Position numbers and translations under genes: made by a program | Part shown: in pieces, positions 14,455-26,587 of the stretch | Numbering within the stretch: position 1 is the first letter of the stretch | Layout of the letters: each line of letters starts with the position of its first letter | Virus record (IMG/VR): IMGVR_UViG_3300000285_000003 | Source of the DNA: a virus | DNA: 64,000 nt | Reading direction: 5' to 3' (one strand) | Notes under the pieces: model-generated | The model's database searches: none | Told to the model about the DNA's origin: nothing | The model's input: only the letters and a program-made list of their open reading frames with translations

Positions 14455-16248
14455 TTATTTATAATACTGATTGTAACTCTTGTTTATATTTGTCCATTTT
14501 GAAGAATGGGTAGAAGTATCGTAACTATCTATTGTTACATTTCCACCATTATCATACCATTCTGTTCCAGGCATAACTTTTCCTCTATTTACAACCTTCT
14601 TTGTAGTCTTTCCATTCTTATTTTTCTGTGTAGTATAGCTCTTCTTTGTGAAAGATACGTCTCCTGCAGGTAATTCTTGATAAGCTGAATAATGGCCTCT
14701 TTGTTTCTTTAGAGATTTAATTAATGCCTTTCCTTCATCGGTGTCTTCAACTTCTTTGCCTGTAGTTATATTCGTCCACTTACCATCTACCATTTTATAC
14801 TTATTGCCACTATTATCTCTAGATGTGCCATCAGTTGTATATACTGTAACTTTCTGATACAAGTGCATTCTTCCATCTCTTCCAACAATTGCTATACCAT
14901 TTCTAGATGATTCATCAGGGGTCACTCCAAGAATATTGTTCTTCTTATACAATTTATCTGTATAGGTTCTATATACGTTTTTTCCGGTTTTAATAGAAGA
15001 AGCTTTGATTCTAAGCTCACCTTCGGTAAGTATCTTTCCTTTGACTTCGTTAGCATTGTATGCGTATCCGAATGTAGGATTAAGCTTGTTCTTCTGTACA
15101 CCAGTCCAAGCAGAATATCCTCCTCTAGGTAAATCGAATGAAACATCATTTAGATTAAAGCCCTTATTAGAGAATGCTTTTCCTTGTGCTCTAGATAAAT
15201 ATCCTAAGTTATTGCCATAATTCTTTTCTCCAAAAGTATGAGTAGCAAAATAATTCTAAAGCGTAGACGAAGCTTGAGTCATAACATCTGCAACAAGATT
15301 GTAATCATATTTGCTGCCTTCTCCATTTCCTTTAGCTGCCTATTCAGCAATTTTATTAGCACTCTTTTGCTCAGGCTCTTGCGTATCCCATTCATGCTGC
15401 TGTTTTGCCATTTCTCTCTAGAATTCTCTCTGTTTAGCAGCTTCATTAGCCTAGAACTACTGGTCATTGAGATGAACTTTTACCTGATCAGCTCGTCTAT
15501 CTACCTGAGTATACTCTCTGTTACGATTAATAATATCAGCCTTAAGGGCATCTATATCACCTCCATACATGTTGAGATAGTATCTGCCAAGATCAGATTT
15601 TGTCATATCCTTTATATTCGCATCAAGAATCTACTACATCTTCTTAGGAGACTTTGAATATACCTAATACAGTCCTCCAGCTTGTTTTGTTAGCTCTGGA
15701 TCGTATTCTAGCTACATGTTGTCAAACAGATTGCTTGTCCAATCTTTTAAGCTAGAATATTTAGAAGGAGCTTCTCTAGTCCACATTCCATCTGTAGCTG
15801 GATCCCAAGTTTCAAGAGTCTTACCTCCAAGTGCAAACTTCTCAAAGTCTGGATCATATGTACCATTGCGCATAGCCTCTGCCCTATATCTCTAATAAGT
15901 CTTCATTGACTCATTCTGAGCTTTAAGGTTAGCTATTTCTGCATATGGTCTCTCTCTAATAATCTTGGCTATATACGCTCTTCCTTCTGCTGATCTAAGA
16001 GGATCTATTCCGTTCTAATAGAGATAATCTAATCCTTTATTAACAGCCCCCCTTGTGATATCGTAAAACTCTTTATTTACATTAGCATTAGGCCCATATA
16101 GCTCACCGAATTCCTTAGCGAACTCCTTCTAGTCCTATACTGCCTAATTGTATTGTTCTCTTGCAGCACTGATGTACTATGACATCATGCTACTATCCAG
16201 TAGGTCGATTATGGGCACAGCTACTGGTTCGTCATACATTCCTATCAT
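14455..16248 (-). CDS. Hypothetical virion protein, 597 aa (TAG read-through)
   Basis: The ATG at 16246-16248 overlaps the TGA (16245-16247) of the upstream gene (ATGA). The frame stays open to the TAA at 14455-14457 with about 15 in-frame TAG. An upstream in-frame TAA is at 16273-16275. Only the last 165 aa appear in the standard-code track. Confidence 0.8.
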
Positions 16249-17840
16249 TTTCTTAATCTTAAGCTAGTTATATTATATGGGTTATAATCAAATGTACTTC
16301 CAGCCCATGTTGGTAAGAATAATCCATTAGGACCAAATCCGCCAGTATAATCGCTAGAGAAATTAATTCTCTCATACGGTGTACCAAAAGCACCTCTCTA
16401 ATACTATTCTTTTGATTTCGCCCAATTTCTTGTATACTTTGCAGAATCAGCAACCTTGTCAGGATCTATATACCAGTACTTGCCGTATGGCGCTTTTAAA
16501 TTATTTAAAGAATAATCATCATATTTTAAATCAAGTACTCCTCTGTTTATTCCTGTACCCTAATAAGGTATATTAGGTGATACAGAAAATAACTAATACT
16601 GACTAGGAGTCCAGCCTGGAGCTATGTTTCTATAATTAATAGAAGATGATCCAGATGCATTACTTGCTTTATTTATAGATACACTTGCTGCTGTATCTTT
16701 TGAACCATCTGCACCTATACCGTATATTGTTTTTAATGCTTCTTTCTTGTTGTCTACATCCTACTGATATATATCAAGAATATCGCCATACTGCTTGTTT
16801 TTAATGCGTTGTGACAACCATTTCTGACCAATAAGACCAAGATTAGATAAGTGTGTTTCTATACCCTTAGTCTTAGCACCGTGTGCTCTATTGTAAGCCT
16901 CCCATCCATATTGGTTAGACTGCTGTAATCTCTGTGCATCACTATCACCAAGTCTGGCAGCCATCTCAGCATAAGCATTTCTATATGCAGCATTCTTTTC
17001 CTGTACATTCATGAGTGCATCAGCAACATTTCTCTAATTTCCTAAAGCTAAAGCTACTCTATTAGCCTATCTCTGACCACCTGTATAACCACCAGAATTA
17101 GCAAGCTAATAAGCAGCCTGTCTATCTTGTGCATATAGCTTTTCGAGAATAGGATTAGCTGATACTCTATTACCAGCCATTGTCTGTAAAGCTATTGGTG
17201 CATATTTATTAGCTGCATATATATTTGGCATTACAGGATTTTCTCTACGCCAATGATTAAGCATCTATGTTTCAAGCAGTGCTGGTAAAGCATAACCTGT
17301 ATCAATCATAAGATTTGATACCTTTCCTTTTCCACCTGTTGTGTAGGATTTCCAGAAACTTTTTCCTTTATCAAATCTATCTTTCCCGCAATTATGTTTA
17401 ATCTAAGCTGCGTAATCTTCGATCTAATGCTATTTCTCTTGTCTGTCTGTAATATTCTTCATAGCTTGCAAAATAGGGGCCTTAGCGCGATCTAATTGAT
17501 TTTTCTGAAGCTCAATCGTCTACTTTGATAAAGAGCTAAGATCGGATTTCTTACCTGCTCTTTTTTCAATATCATTATACATCTAAAGCTTAGCTGTCAA
17601 CGGGGCTACTTGGTCAGAAAACTTCATTCCATTGCTCCAGTCTATATCGTTACCAGCTATAACATTATTATCATCTCTTCTAACAGAGCTAGGCTAATTA
17701 TCAACCCCAACCTTACCCTTCGTTACAAGAGTGCCGGTACCATTTGTATAATCTATAATAGACTCTCCTTTACCGACCAAACTATTAACCGGACCAGCCT
17801 AATAACCATTAGGTGTCCATACTTTATTTCCCTTTAACAT
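16245..17840 (-). CDS. Hypothetical virion protein, 531 aa (TAG read-through)
   Basis: ATG at 17838-17840, with an upstream in-frame TAA at 17853-17855. The frame is open to the TGA at 16245-16247 with about 16 in-frame TAG. It contains track ORF 16761..17012. Confidence 0.8.
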
Positions 17841-18612
17841 ATCTTGGTTTTCTTAAATCTTTTCCTCGGTTAGCATATAATACATCATCATACGTGTTAC
17901 CATTATCTAAATAATATTGCTATGTAAGGCCTTCTGTTGCAGCTGACGATTGATTAACCTAGTTGATAAGATTAACTTTCTATTGTGCGTTAAATATCTT
18001 TCTACGCTATCTTTCTCTAGCTTTTTTACTTCTAAACAAGCCTCCGAATAATCCTGTGATAGCTCCAACTGCTCCTCCTATAAGTGTACCGACACCAGGT
18101 ATAGCTGAACCTATAGAGGCTCCAGCAGCGGCTCCAGATCCAACCATTCCTAACGTCGCATTTTTATTTGACTTAGATATATCATCCATAGCTTTCTGTC
18201 TGTTGATATCATTCTGTGCTTGGTAATTTACACCGAATGCCTAATCTGTTCTTTGTCCAGAATAAGCCATAAGTTCATCCGTTCCCTTTACTGCGTTCTG
18301 CATGGAATTATATCCTTGTATCATTCCTATTGTTCCATTAACAGCTCCTGTTACAGTACTAGAGCTTATTCCGACTCCTCCTGCTGTCTAAACTACGCCT
18401 TTTGGGTTCCATTTTGAAGCTGGTGTTTGCCCAATATTAAATGACGCGCTAGAACTTCCTACTCCAGCTATAGCTGATCCAGCAGGAGCGTTACCGCCAA
18501 TCATGCTTGCAAGATCATTAGCTTGATACTATTGTCCAAAACCAACTTTTGAATCTATACCATTATTGAATTTTGATATATTATTTATCTTTTTTCTCTA
18601 CTTTAACTCCAT
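17824..18612 (-). CDS. Gly/Ala-rich hypothetical virion protein with a hydrophobic segment, 262 aa
   Basis: ATG at 18610-18612 (upstream in-frame TAA at 18664-18666) and TAA at 17824-17826, with several in-frame TAG. It contains track ORF 18007..18189 (GSGAAAGASIGSAIPGVGTLIGGAVGAITGLFGGLF). Confidence 0.75.
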
Positions 18613-21600
18613 GACTATCTATATTTTGTTATTATATATTGTATTGCCATAGCTGGATTTGGTTTAATATCTTCTATACTGCAAATCATGACCTTACCTC
18701 TAGCTCTATTGCCAAATAATCCATCAGCCCTAGGTATGACAAATCTATGATTATTTTCTCTAAGTGTTATCTGTTCTTCTAGACTAGACTCTATTTTCTA
18801 AGATTCTGTCTACCATGTATATTTATGATTTTTTGAGAAGTAGTCATCCTAGTCGTATATAACATCCTGTAACTATAGATTTTCGTATGTAACAATTTCT
18901 TGATTGTCAAACACCTTTGTAACCAATGGCTATTGAGCAACAACATATTTAACGTAACTTGAAAGTAACTACTGATTTGTTGATTTAGGCGATTCGTCTA
19001 GATAATCGTACTAATACACACATACAGTATCATTCTTCTTTACAAGGTATTCTCCATTAAAGAACTATATAGCTCCATCAAACGGAATAGTTAGTGTTGA
19101 CGTGAATTTTCCAATCATTTCATTGTATACGATTTGCATATCATCGCTTAAAATATTGAATACAACTTCATTGTATTTATTGTTGTAGAATACCTTAAAG
19201 TTATCGTTCTTTTTATACTTGTTCAGTATATTCTATACTTTACCTTGTTTTGAAAGCTATACTACACTCTATCCGTCGAATAAGCAGATTACATTATTAT
19301 GACTATCAAACCAATATAAACCACCTGTAGTACATACTGAACAGAATTGCTGCTTGTGTATTCCATAAGTATTGCTGTAGTAGTCATATCTATCAAGTAC
19401 TCCTCCAGTTCCTAATACTATATTTTGTCCAGAATTATCTGTAGCAACACTACGGTCATTAACACTGAGTACACCAAATGATTGCTCCTAGAAAAATGTA
19501 AGAACATTCTTAAATGTACATATATCAGTTATAGGGCCATATTCCTAATCTACGTCTATAAAGTTAGAGCTTCTAAATTTACACCAGCTATCTATAATTT
19601 CATCATTCTGTTTTAAATCAGAATAATATACTCTTGTATCTATAGTTTTATTATAATCTTGTGGATTAAGATCATCGTACGCAGCAAACGGCATACTTGT
19701 ATTCTATATACTGTAGACAGAATTATAAACGTATTCAGGCTCTTTCTGTACGTAAGCTTCTGTTATTTCACACGGTTCAGACTGTATAAAAGATGCGTAA
19801 TTGTCTCTTGCGTTAGAACTAAGTGTCAATCCATGTTGAAATTTGCACCATATATTTGATTCTGTTGGTATAGAGTATGTTATCATATGAGTATTAGGGA
19901 ATTGTAATTCATCCTTTCCGTTCTTTGTATAAGCTCCATACACTTTATGCATAGATGTATATTCGAATGTCTCTACGTGACAATCTCCATCAAATACTGT
20001 ATTCCATTTATTTTCAGACTCAAAGTAATTACCATCTCCGTAATATATATTCGTAAGTCTATTTGTAAACGAATACCCACCATAAGGAGTTGTTTGCTAT
20101 CTAAGATTGGTTAGGTATGTTCCAAGTAGAGTTGGCCTAATTACTTTTGTGATCATACCAAAATCACTAGATTCTGTCTAATATGGCTCTTCTTCTAGAC
20201 TATCATAATAATTACCATTCTTAGGATAATAATAAGAAAATGCACCAGCTGTACCAGTTTCTTTATACTAACAACTTAACAATAAGCACTTTCCACCAGT
20301 TCCAAAACATACATTTTTATTGAACTTTGCATCAGTTCCATCGCCTTTAAATCCTCCACTATAATTACCAAACGATTCAAATATATTACCATTAGTATCA
20401 TTGCAAATTCCTCCGGTAATCATATTTGTAAATAGCGCTCCACCGGCAGAAATAGCATAATTAGTGTACGTTTTTGATGAGGCCTATTCGTTATTATCTT
20501 TGTTAAAGTTTCTTTTGAACGCCTAATCCCATTTTATTTGATCAACTAACTAAAAGTCCTATATATAATTTATCTAAGATTTTCCAAACCAATCATCATT
20601 AGATGCAAAATTACCATCAAAAAAATCCTATACACCAGCACTCTGTTCGTACAATTTTATATAAGCAAAGGCCTTCTGTATTATGAATTTGCCAGATTTT
20701 TCCTTTCTTTTATTAGCAGACTAGTCATCATTATTATATAGTCTATCAAAATTTAAAATGCAATCTTTTATTAATGCATAAGAATATGGCCTATCATATC
20801 CAAGACCACCAATAGAAGCGTAATCGGCCTCGAAACCAATATATGTTATACCTTTATTTTTATACGACTAAGGATTAATCCTGTAAAAATAACTTGTGTT
20901 ATATGGTGCATCTAAATAGCATATTGGACTATTTTTTGAAATCTTATTTATAACATCTATATCATTAACATGGAAAGTCCCCCTTGCATCACCATCATCG
21001 TTTGGTCCAGTAAATAATTCTACAGCACAGTTTGAAATACATGGTATTACAAACTTAAAATTTCTCCTATTGTTATGACCAATCAACATTCCATACTCTG
21101 TATTTGTATATCCATTCTTAGGAGAATCATACTAGTCGTCATTAAATTTATGGTCACCTCTTGCTCCAAATAAAAAAGACTATTTTTGCAAATAATATTT
21201 TTTGTCTTTTATAAATTGTTTAAATGATTCTGGTTGATAACAAACTTCCTTTGAAACAAATTGCAATAATTTGTCATTATCTATGTTTGTCATACATTGT
21301 GATGCTAAATCATCTCCTTTCCAAACAAGCTAATTATGTACATTGTATCCTTCTATAAACTTATTTGTTGTTAAAAACCCTGTTGGGCAAAACATATGAT
21401 ACTTAGTTACATAATATTCATTATTTTTCCCCTCATACTGTCTACTATAAGCATTAGATACAGGAGAACTAAGTACACCTTGTGATATTGTAGCGATATC
21501 AGATTCATGTCTAGCACATCTAACTATTTGATAACCAGTACAGCCTTCTGGTAAACTTTTTACCATAAACTGTATTCCAAGATTTCTGATAACTAGTTCG

Positions 21601-23297
21601 TAACGCTTGCCATTAACGATAGTATTTGATGACATTAACTAGAAACCTTCTTCAGTTACATTTGGGGTTCTTATATCAGCAATCCATTTAACTGGAGAAG
21701 CTTGGCAATATTTATCATACAAAACAATTCCGTAACGATAAATCTCATTTCGTCTAAGTGACTTTATCAACCATGTGTTTTTATTTATTCCAGGATCAAA
21801 TTCTGCTTTCTCTATTATGGATGGTTTAAAATTTTTATCAATGTAAAAAACATTATTTTGCTATATGTTTTCTTTCTGAGAATAATTGTATAGCGTTCCT
21901 ATCTTTCTTGTATTGTTTTCTTTTATGCAAGAATCTTCTACCTAAGAAGAAATAACAAATCTCCATTCTATATTTTTACCAGATCCTCCAACCCATCTAT
22001 ATTCTGAATCGAATACAAAATTAACATAATACAATGAAGCTTCTTTATTTATGTTGTTATAAGTACCATCATAACAATCATGGTCAAATGGAGGAACTGC
22101 AACAGAGTCGTCTTCTATGTCTTTGCCGTGCGCATCTATTATAAATGAGTTATTACCATTAATGTCTGTTACAGTACTAGTATTTAGGTAATTGAACCTA
22201 AATGCTCTAGCGTCCCATTTATCGAAATCTTTAATAGTAGTCTGTATTGTCTTTGTGTTTGCGGCAAACAGAAAACCGTCTTTAGATGCCAATGAATTAG
22301 GTATTATTCTAACACCTTGTAATGAATTTAACTCTTCAACACTGATATGTTCTATTGGATCATTACCAACATCATTTATAACTATATCTGTAGAATCTTG
22401 TTCATTAAAGTCTACTTTAGCGTCACATATTACAGATACTATTGGCATCTATCCGTTTTGCGTATACTGTACTCTAAATACTTTAATATAATCAAGATGC
22501 CAATAATTACTAGGAATTTGTATAGATATCTTTACTCCACAATTTGATATAGCACCCTGTTTACCGCCGCACTTTACATATTTGCTGTCGAAATCATAAT
22601 TACCAATTGGTATTTGCTAACATTGTATAGATGCTCCTGTATGTATTCCGTATCTATTGTACAGCTAATAACAATAACTTACAACGCCAAATTCTATTTT
22701 TCCTGGCACATACTCTTCAAATATCGGTGGTTTACAAACTGCTTCTGGATAAGATAAGCATTTGTTAAGATCATCATATAAAAAATCATTGCTTATATTA
22801 AAAACCATTATAGGATGTATTGAATCTGCTAAGTATAGCTTGATGTTGTTTTCGCTCTCATAATTAAGCTGAATATCAAATACATCTGGATACTTCTACC
22901 CTTTATCTAAGGGCAATAATGGCGCATTTACAATAAGACTGATTTTCTATATATCATTGAAGTCCTAGTCATGCACTGTTCCGCCTATTGCGTTTTTAAA
23001 ACTATAGATCTTAAGTCTATTTTCATTTTCATCAATGCAAACAACTACTCCGTAATCTCTTATTGAACCAGTGGCAACAACTTTGTTACCATCGCCAGCA
23101 AATGATCCAGCTAGCTTTACACCCTAGACTGGCATTAATGATCCATGTCTATTATCTCTGCCTTCTCCACCTCTATATGATGATATTTTTATATTTCTAG
23201 CATCAATATACTAGTTTGTGGCAACAACAGAGAGATCATCATCACTATTTAATCCTCCTGCGAAACTATTAATTTGTGGTTCAGTATTAGTATCCAT
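18603..23297 (-). CDS. Large structural (tail/hub-type) protein, 1,564 aa
   Basis: ATG at 23295-23297 (upstream in-frame TAA at 23313-23315). A hand scan of this frame to the TAA at 18603-18605 found no TAA or TGA and dozens of TAG. Track ORFs 19704.., 20868.., 21330.. and 21942.. are all in this frame and end in TAG. Confidence 0.8.
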
Positions 23298-24150
23298 AGC
23301 AATAATCGTTAAAGTTTAACTATTTCTTTCCGGTGTTATTAAAGAAGTTCTCGTCATCATCCCACTCTGGTATAAGCTTAGTCCACTCATTCTTAATAGT
23401 AAGCATTTCGCTTTCGTTTGGCATCATTGCTTCAGCGTAAGCCTGGTTTCTATAGAAATTCCACTACTACTATATGTAGAAGTATGTGTTCTAATTATAT
23501 CTAGCTTTTCCACCAAGTGATCCTCTAAGGAACTTTGGAAAGCTTAACTTCATCATTACATACCAGTATATAGCTTCCTAATATGAAGCTAAGTCTGGGA
23601 TAAGTGGGTAACCCCTTTCGTCTGTAGCTATTGCCTTGTATGACAATTTAACGAAACCTTTATCTTTATTAAAGACTATCCAACCTGGCTTAATCCAGTA
23701 TGTAGGAACATCTACTTTATGGTCTCTAATAGCATCCATTAGTGCAGTGCTACCATTGATTCCTAAAAGCTATGATCTATGTGTAGGTAGCATTACTCCA
23801 GCTGGTTGTTCTGGGTGATAGTGATGTATATGCTTTGTGCTAGCTTTAGACTTAAATGAGCTTTCATCTTTTAGTGCCTATACCCAATTTGTTCCATTGT
23901 TTGAATAGGCTACAGTTGTCAATGACTCTAAGTCTTCTGGTATTGGAACTTGATGTTCGTGTATTTCAAATATTGGAACGCAATCTTCACCAGACTCTTT
24001 CTATACATACTATACAGGAGCACCAATCTTCTCAACAGCTTCAAAGATCCATTCTCGTATATCTGTAATACGTATGTTCTTTTCTTGCATGTTTGAGTCA
24101 GCCATAATTTTAGCTATAACTGACTCACATTTTGTATATTTGTATATCAT
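23287..24150 (-). CDS. Hypothetical protein, 287 aa
   Basis: ATG at 24148-24150 (upstream TAA at 24157-24159) and TAA at 23287-23289. In-frame TAGs include a run of three at 23464-23472. No fragment is long enough to appear in the standard-code track. If the TAG at 23320 terminated instead, the end would be 23320. Confidence 0.7.
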
Positions 24151-24595
24151 CTATATTTATATAATCTTGTTTATTAAATATAAGTTGAGCAAGGTGCCTT
24201 TTGTTTTCTCTAACCATACATAGCTAGTATTTATATCTATCAGAAAATACCCTGGGTATTTTTGACCAATATAATCTATATTTGTATCCATTAGAGTGCT
24301 CGTTTAAATGATAAACCCTTTTACCTACTTCTTTTGTTGATTTATAATCTGTAGACAATGACTAATCAGAATAGCTCTTAGGTTTATATTTTACTATGCA
24401 TATAGTACCTAGCCCATAAGGCATTTTAAATGGCTGTGAGCGCTCTAAAATCTCTTCCTTGACAACTTTATTAAATTCGTCTATAATGCGCTTATATCGC
24501 GCGTAATTAAGCTCTACATCGTTCTTTTTAATGTAGTCTCTATATATATCAGCTATTGTATAGCTTTTCTTATTCTTCCTTATCTTGAGGACCAT
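24125..24595 (-). CDS. Small basic protein, 156 aa, possibly an HU/IHF-like DNA-binding protein
   Basis: ATG at 24593-24595. The track ORF 24362..24595 ends in TAG, and the frame continues to the TGA at 24125-24127. The protein is Lys/Arg-rich. The PYGLGTICIVKYKPK segment loosely resembles the HU/IHF beta-arm region, so the functional call is weak. Confidence 0.55.
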
Positions 24596-25262
24596 TTGGT
24601 TTAACGCTTGCTAATGTTGAGTTGTTACTATCGTCACTAGGCCTCTTAAGCATAAACGCTAATTCGTTAATCATGATAGCTTTTTTAATATCTGGTATCA
24701 TCCATCCAGGTATCATTATATCATCTTCACTACCAGCTGTTTGTGTTGGGTCAAATATTCCTGTAACGTATATGTATTTAAAGTTTTCTGAACCATTACC
24801 ATCAACGTATATATACTAATCATCAAACCAACACATAGGTTCATTGTATGTATACCTTCTAAAATTATGATAATGCTTTCTAGATTTACTCATAATCTGT
24901 ATAACGCAACCACTAGCATCAGTAACGTTAACTATGTCGTCGCTACTATTCTCCATTGTATACAGCTTATTTTTTGTTCTCTTTAGTTTACCACAACGAC
25001 AGCAGCAACAGTCCTTTGACCCAGAATCTGGGTCGTCTATAAGTTCAAGTGGTCCAATAGTTGATAACTAGCTATCATCCGGATCCTCGTCATCACCGGT
25101 CTCAGCATCTTTATCATTTTCTTTCTTAGACAAATAAGCTTTATACTACATTATCCAAGATAAGATCTAATCTCTAGACATGTCCTCACTCTCACTTATG
25201 TTGTTATTTCGTACAATAAGAAGTATGTCATCTATCAATGTACGAGCTGAGAATGTTTTCAT
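24570..25262 (-). CDS. Hypothetical protein, 230 aa, acidic with a CCCCRC cysteine cluster
   Basis: The ATG at 25260-25262 overlaps the upstream TGA (ATGA at 25259-25262). TAA at 24570-24572, with 4 in-frame TAG. It is absent from the standard-code track. Confidence 0.75.
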
Positions 25263-25693
25263 ATTGCTTCTATTATTCTTATACTGTCTTCTTTAAGTAT
25301 GTCATTCGTATTACGTATCTTGTATTTATACACATCTTTCTTTTTCCAGTCAAATGTTATCAATCTCTTAAAGAAGTTCTTTTTGTTTTTATATTCTCTA
25401 TGCTTATAAACGTAGAGGTACTAAGTGTTCTATACATCTAACTTGATATTAACACTATCTTTACCGATTGTATAGTATACTTTAGTTAGGTTGTTATATT
25501 GTAAACTATCCTTATAAACAGAGTCTTTAAGTATAGTTATAATATCACCCCCTACCCCCTTACTCTTATTAACGTTTATAATCTACTTCTAAGTTGCCGC
25601 TACCTAAATTTCTTTGCTTTTTAGCTTTTCTGTCTTGCGTACAGAATCCAACTACTACACAAGATTATCGTTATAATCTTTAAGCTTTTTCAT
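25259..25693 (-). CDS. Hypothetical protein, 144 aa
   Basis: ATG at 25691-25693 (upstream TAA at 25757-25759) and TGA at 25259-25261. About 7 in-frame TAG hide it from the standard-code track. Confidence 0.7.
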
Positions 25694-25792
25694 ATCTAGC
25701 CTTAAAACACCAGAAGCCTACTAGGCACCGCTTAAGGCATCCTAATAGGCTTCGATGTTATTATTAGCCATTTTAAGCTCCTGTGAGAGCCT

Positions 25793-25924
25793 ATTAGCTT
25801 TGTTGTGGTAGAATATACCAGACGCTACACAAAAGGCTATTAGAAGCCCACAAATGGCATTAAGCAGCGTTTTGTAGTTGTTCTTTATTTTGCTTAATAT
25901 CTACTACATCACAATTGCTTTCAT
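25793..25924 (-). CDS. Possible 43-aa single-pass membrane peptide overlapping the 3' end of the holin-like gene
   Basis: ATG at 25922-25924 and TAA at 25793-25795. It has a hydrophobic stretch (LLNAICGLLIAFCVASGIF) and overlaps 25860..26165 in another frame. It is very short, so this is speculative. Confidence 0.3.
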
Positions 25925-26165
25925 TATTAGTTAAACACTCTTTTAAATATGTTTTTATCTCACCAAACTTACCTTGTATATAAATAGATACTCCATATAT
26001 ACTAGCTGAATAAACTAATGTTTGGGCTACAAACCCTAGTACACCTGTGGAGATTTCACCCTATTGTAAATACTGCACCCAGGTGAGAACCTAACCGCTT
26101 AAAAACGCGAGGCATGCGGTTGAATACTAAATCTTCTCGCGCCATGTTCCTGTTACATTGTTCAT
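25860..26165 (-). CDS. Holin-like membrane protein, 101 aa
   Basis: The ATG at 26163-26165 overlaps the TGA of the upstream wall-hydrolase-like gene (ATGA). TAA at 25860-25862, with 3 in-frame TAG. It has two hydrophobic segments (YSTACLAFLSG(Q)VLTWV and TGVLGFVAQTLVYSASIYGVSIYI). The holin call rests on this topology and on position. Confidence 0.55.
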
Positions 26166-26587
26166 TTTATCTCAATAGTTACATTTCCGTTAGAACAAGC
26201 TTCCTTTATTATTGGATAAAACTTGTTTATAGTAGCTCTTGAGTTAAGGACTTTTCCAACCTATTTGTTTTTGCCGAGAATCAAACAGCCTTCAGTGTCA
26301 GCGCTTGTGTTTCCTGCGTGAATACGTATACCTTCAAATGATGGAACGTTCATCAGCTGTGGTGTATACTTCTTAAACCTAGGTGAATATGTCCACTTGA
26401 TCTCATAAGTTCCGTAAGGTATTGCCGTTTTGGAATGTACCTTTTTCTCTCCATTGTCAAATTTGCCATTCTTATTGAGGTCTCTTACAGTATCTTCTAT
26501 AGTGTCGCAAAAATATACATCGTCTATATAAAGTTTTCCTATAGTGTAAGTTGGACGGAGAGCTATTCTTTTTAATGTTAATTTCAT
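26162..26587 (-). CDS. Putative cell-wall hydrolase / endolysin candidate (YkuD-like H..GN..GC motif), 141 aa
   Basis: ATG at 26585-26587. Track ORF 26261..26587 ends in TAG, and the frame continues to the TGA at 26162-26164. The motif IRIHAGNTSADTEGCLILG resembles the His/Cys catalytic signature of L,D-transpeptidase-fold enzymes. The gene sits immediately upstream of the holin-like gene. Confidence 0.55.

Noticed and set aside
16245-16247. Possibility that TGA (or TAA) is also reassigned.
   Set aside because: TGA and TAA close every gene after TAG read-through, frequently in ATGA or TAATG overlaps, and never occur inside the long frames I scanned.
25549-25560. CCCCCTACCCCC, resembling the TAGGGGG..TAGGGGG element at 61725-61742 on the opposite strand.
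   Set aside because: It lies inside a coding frame (encoding G-V-G-G). The single short match is most likely chance.
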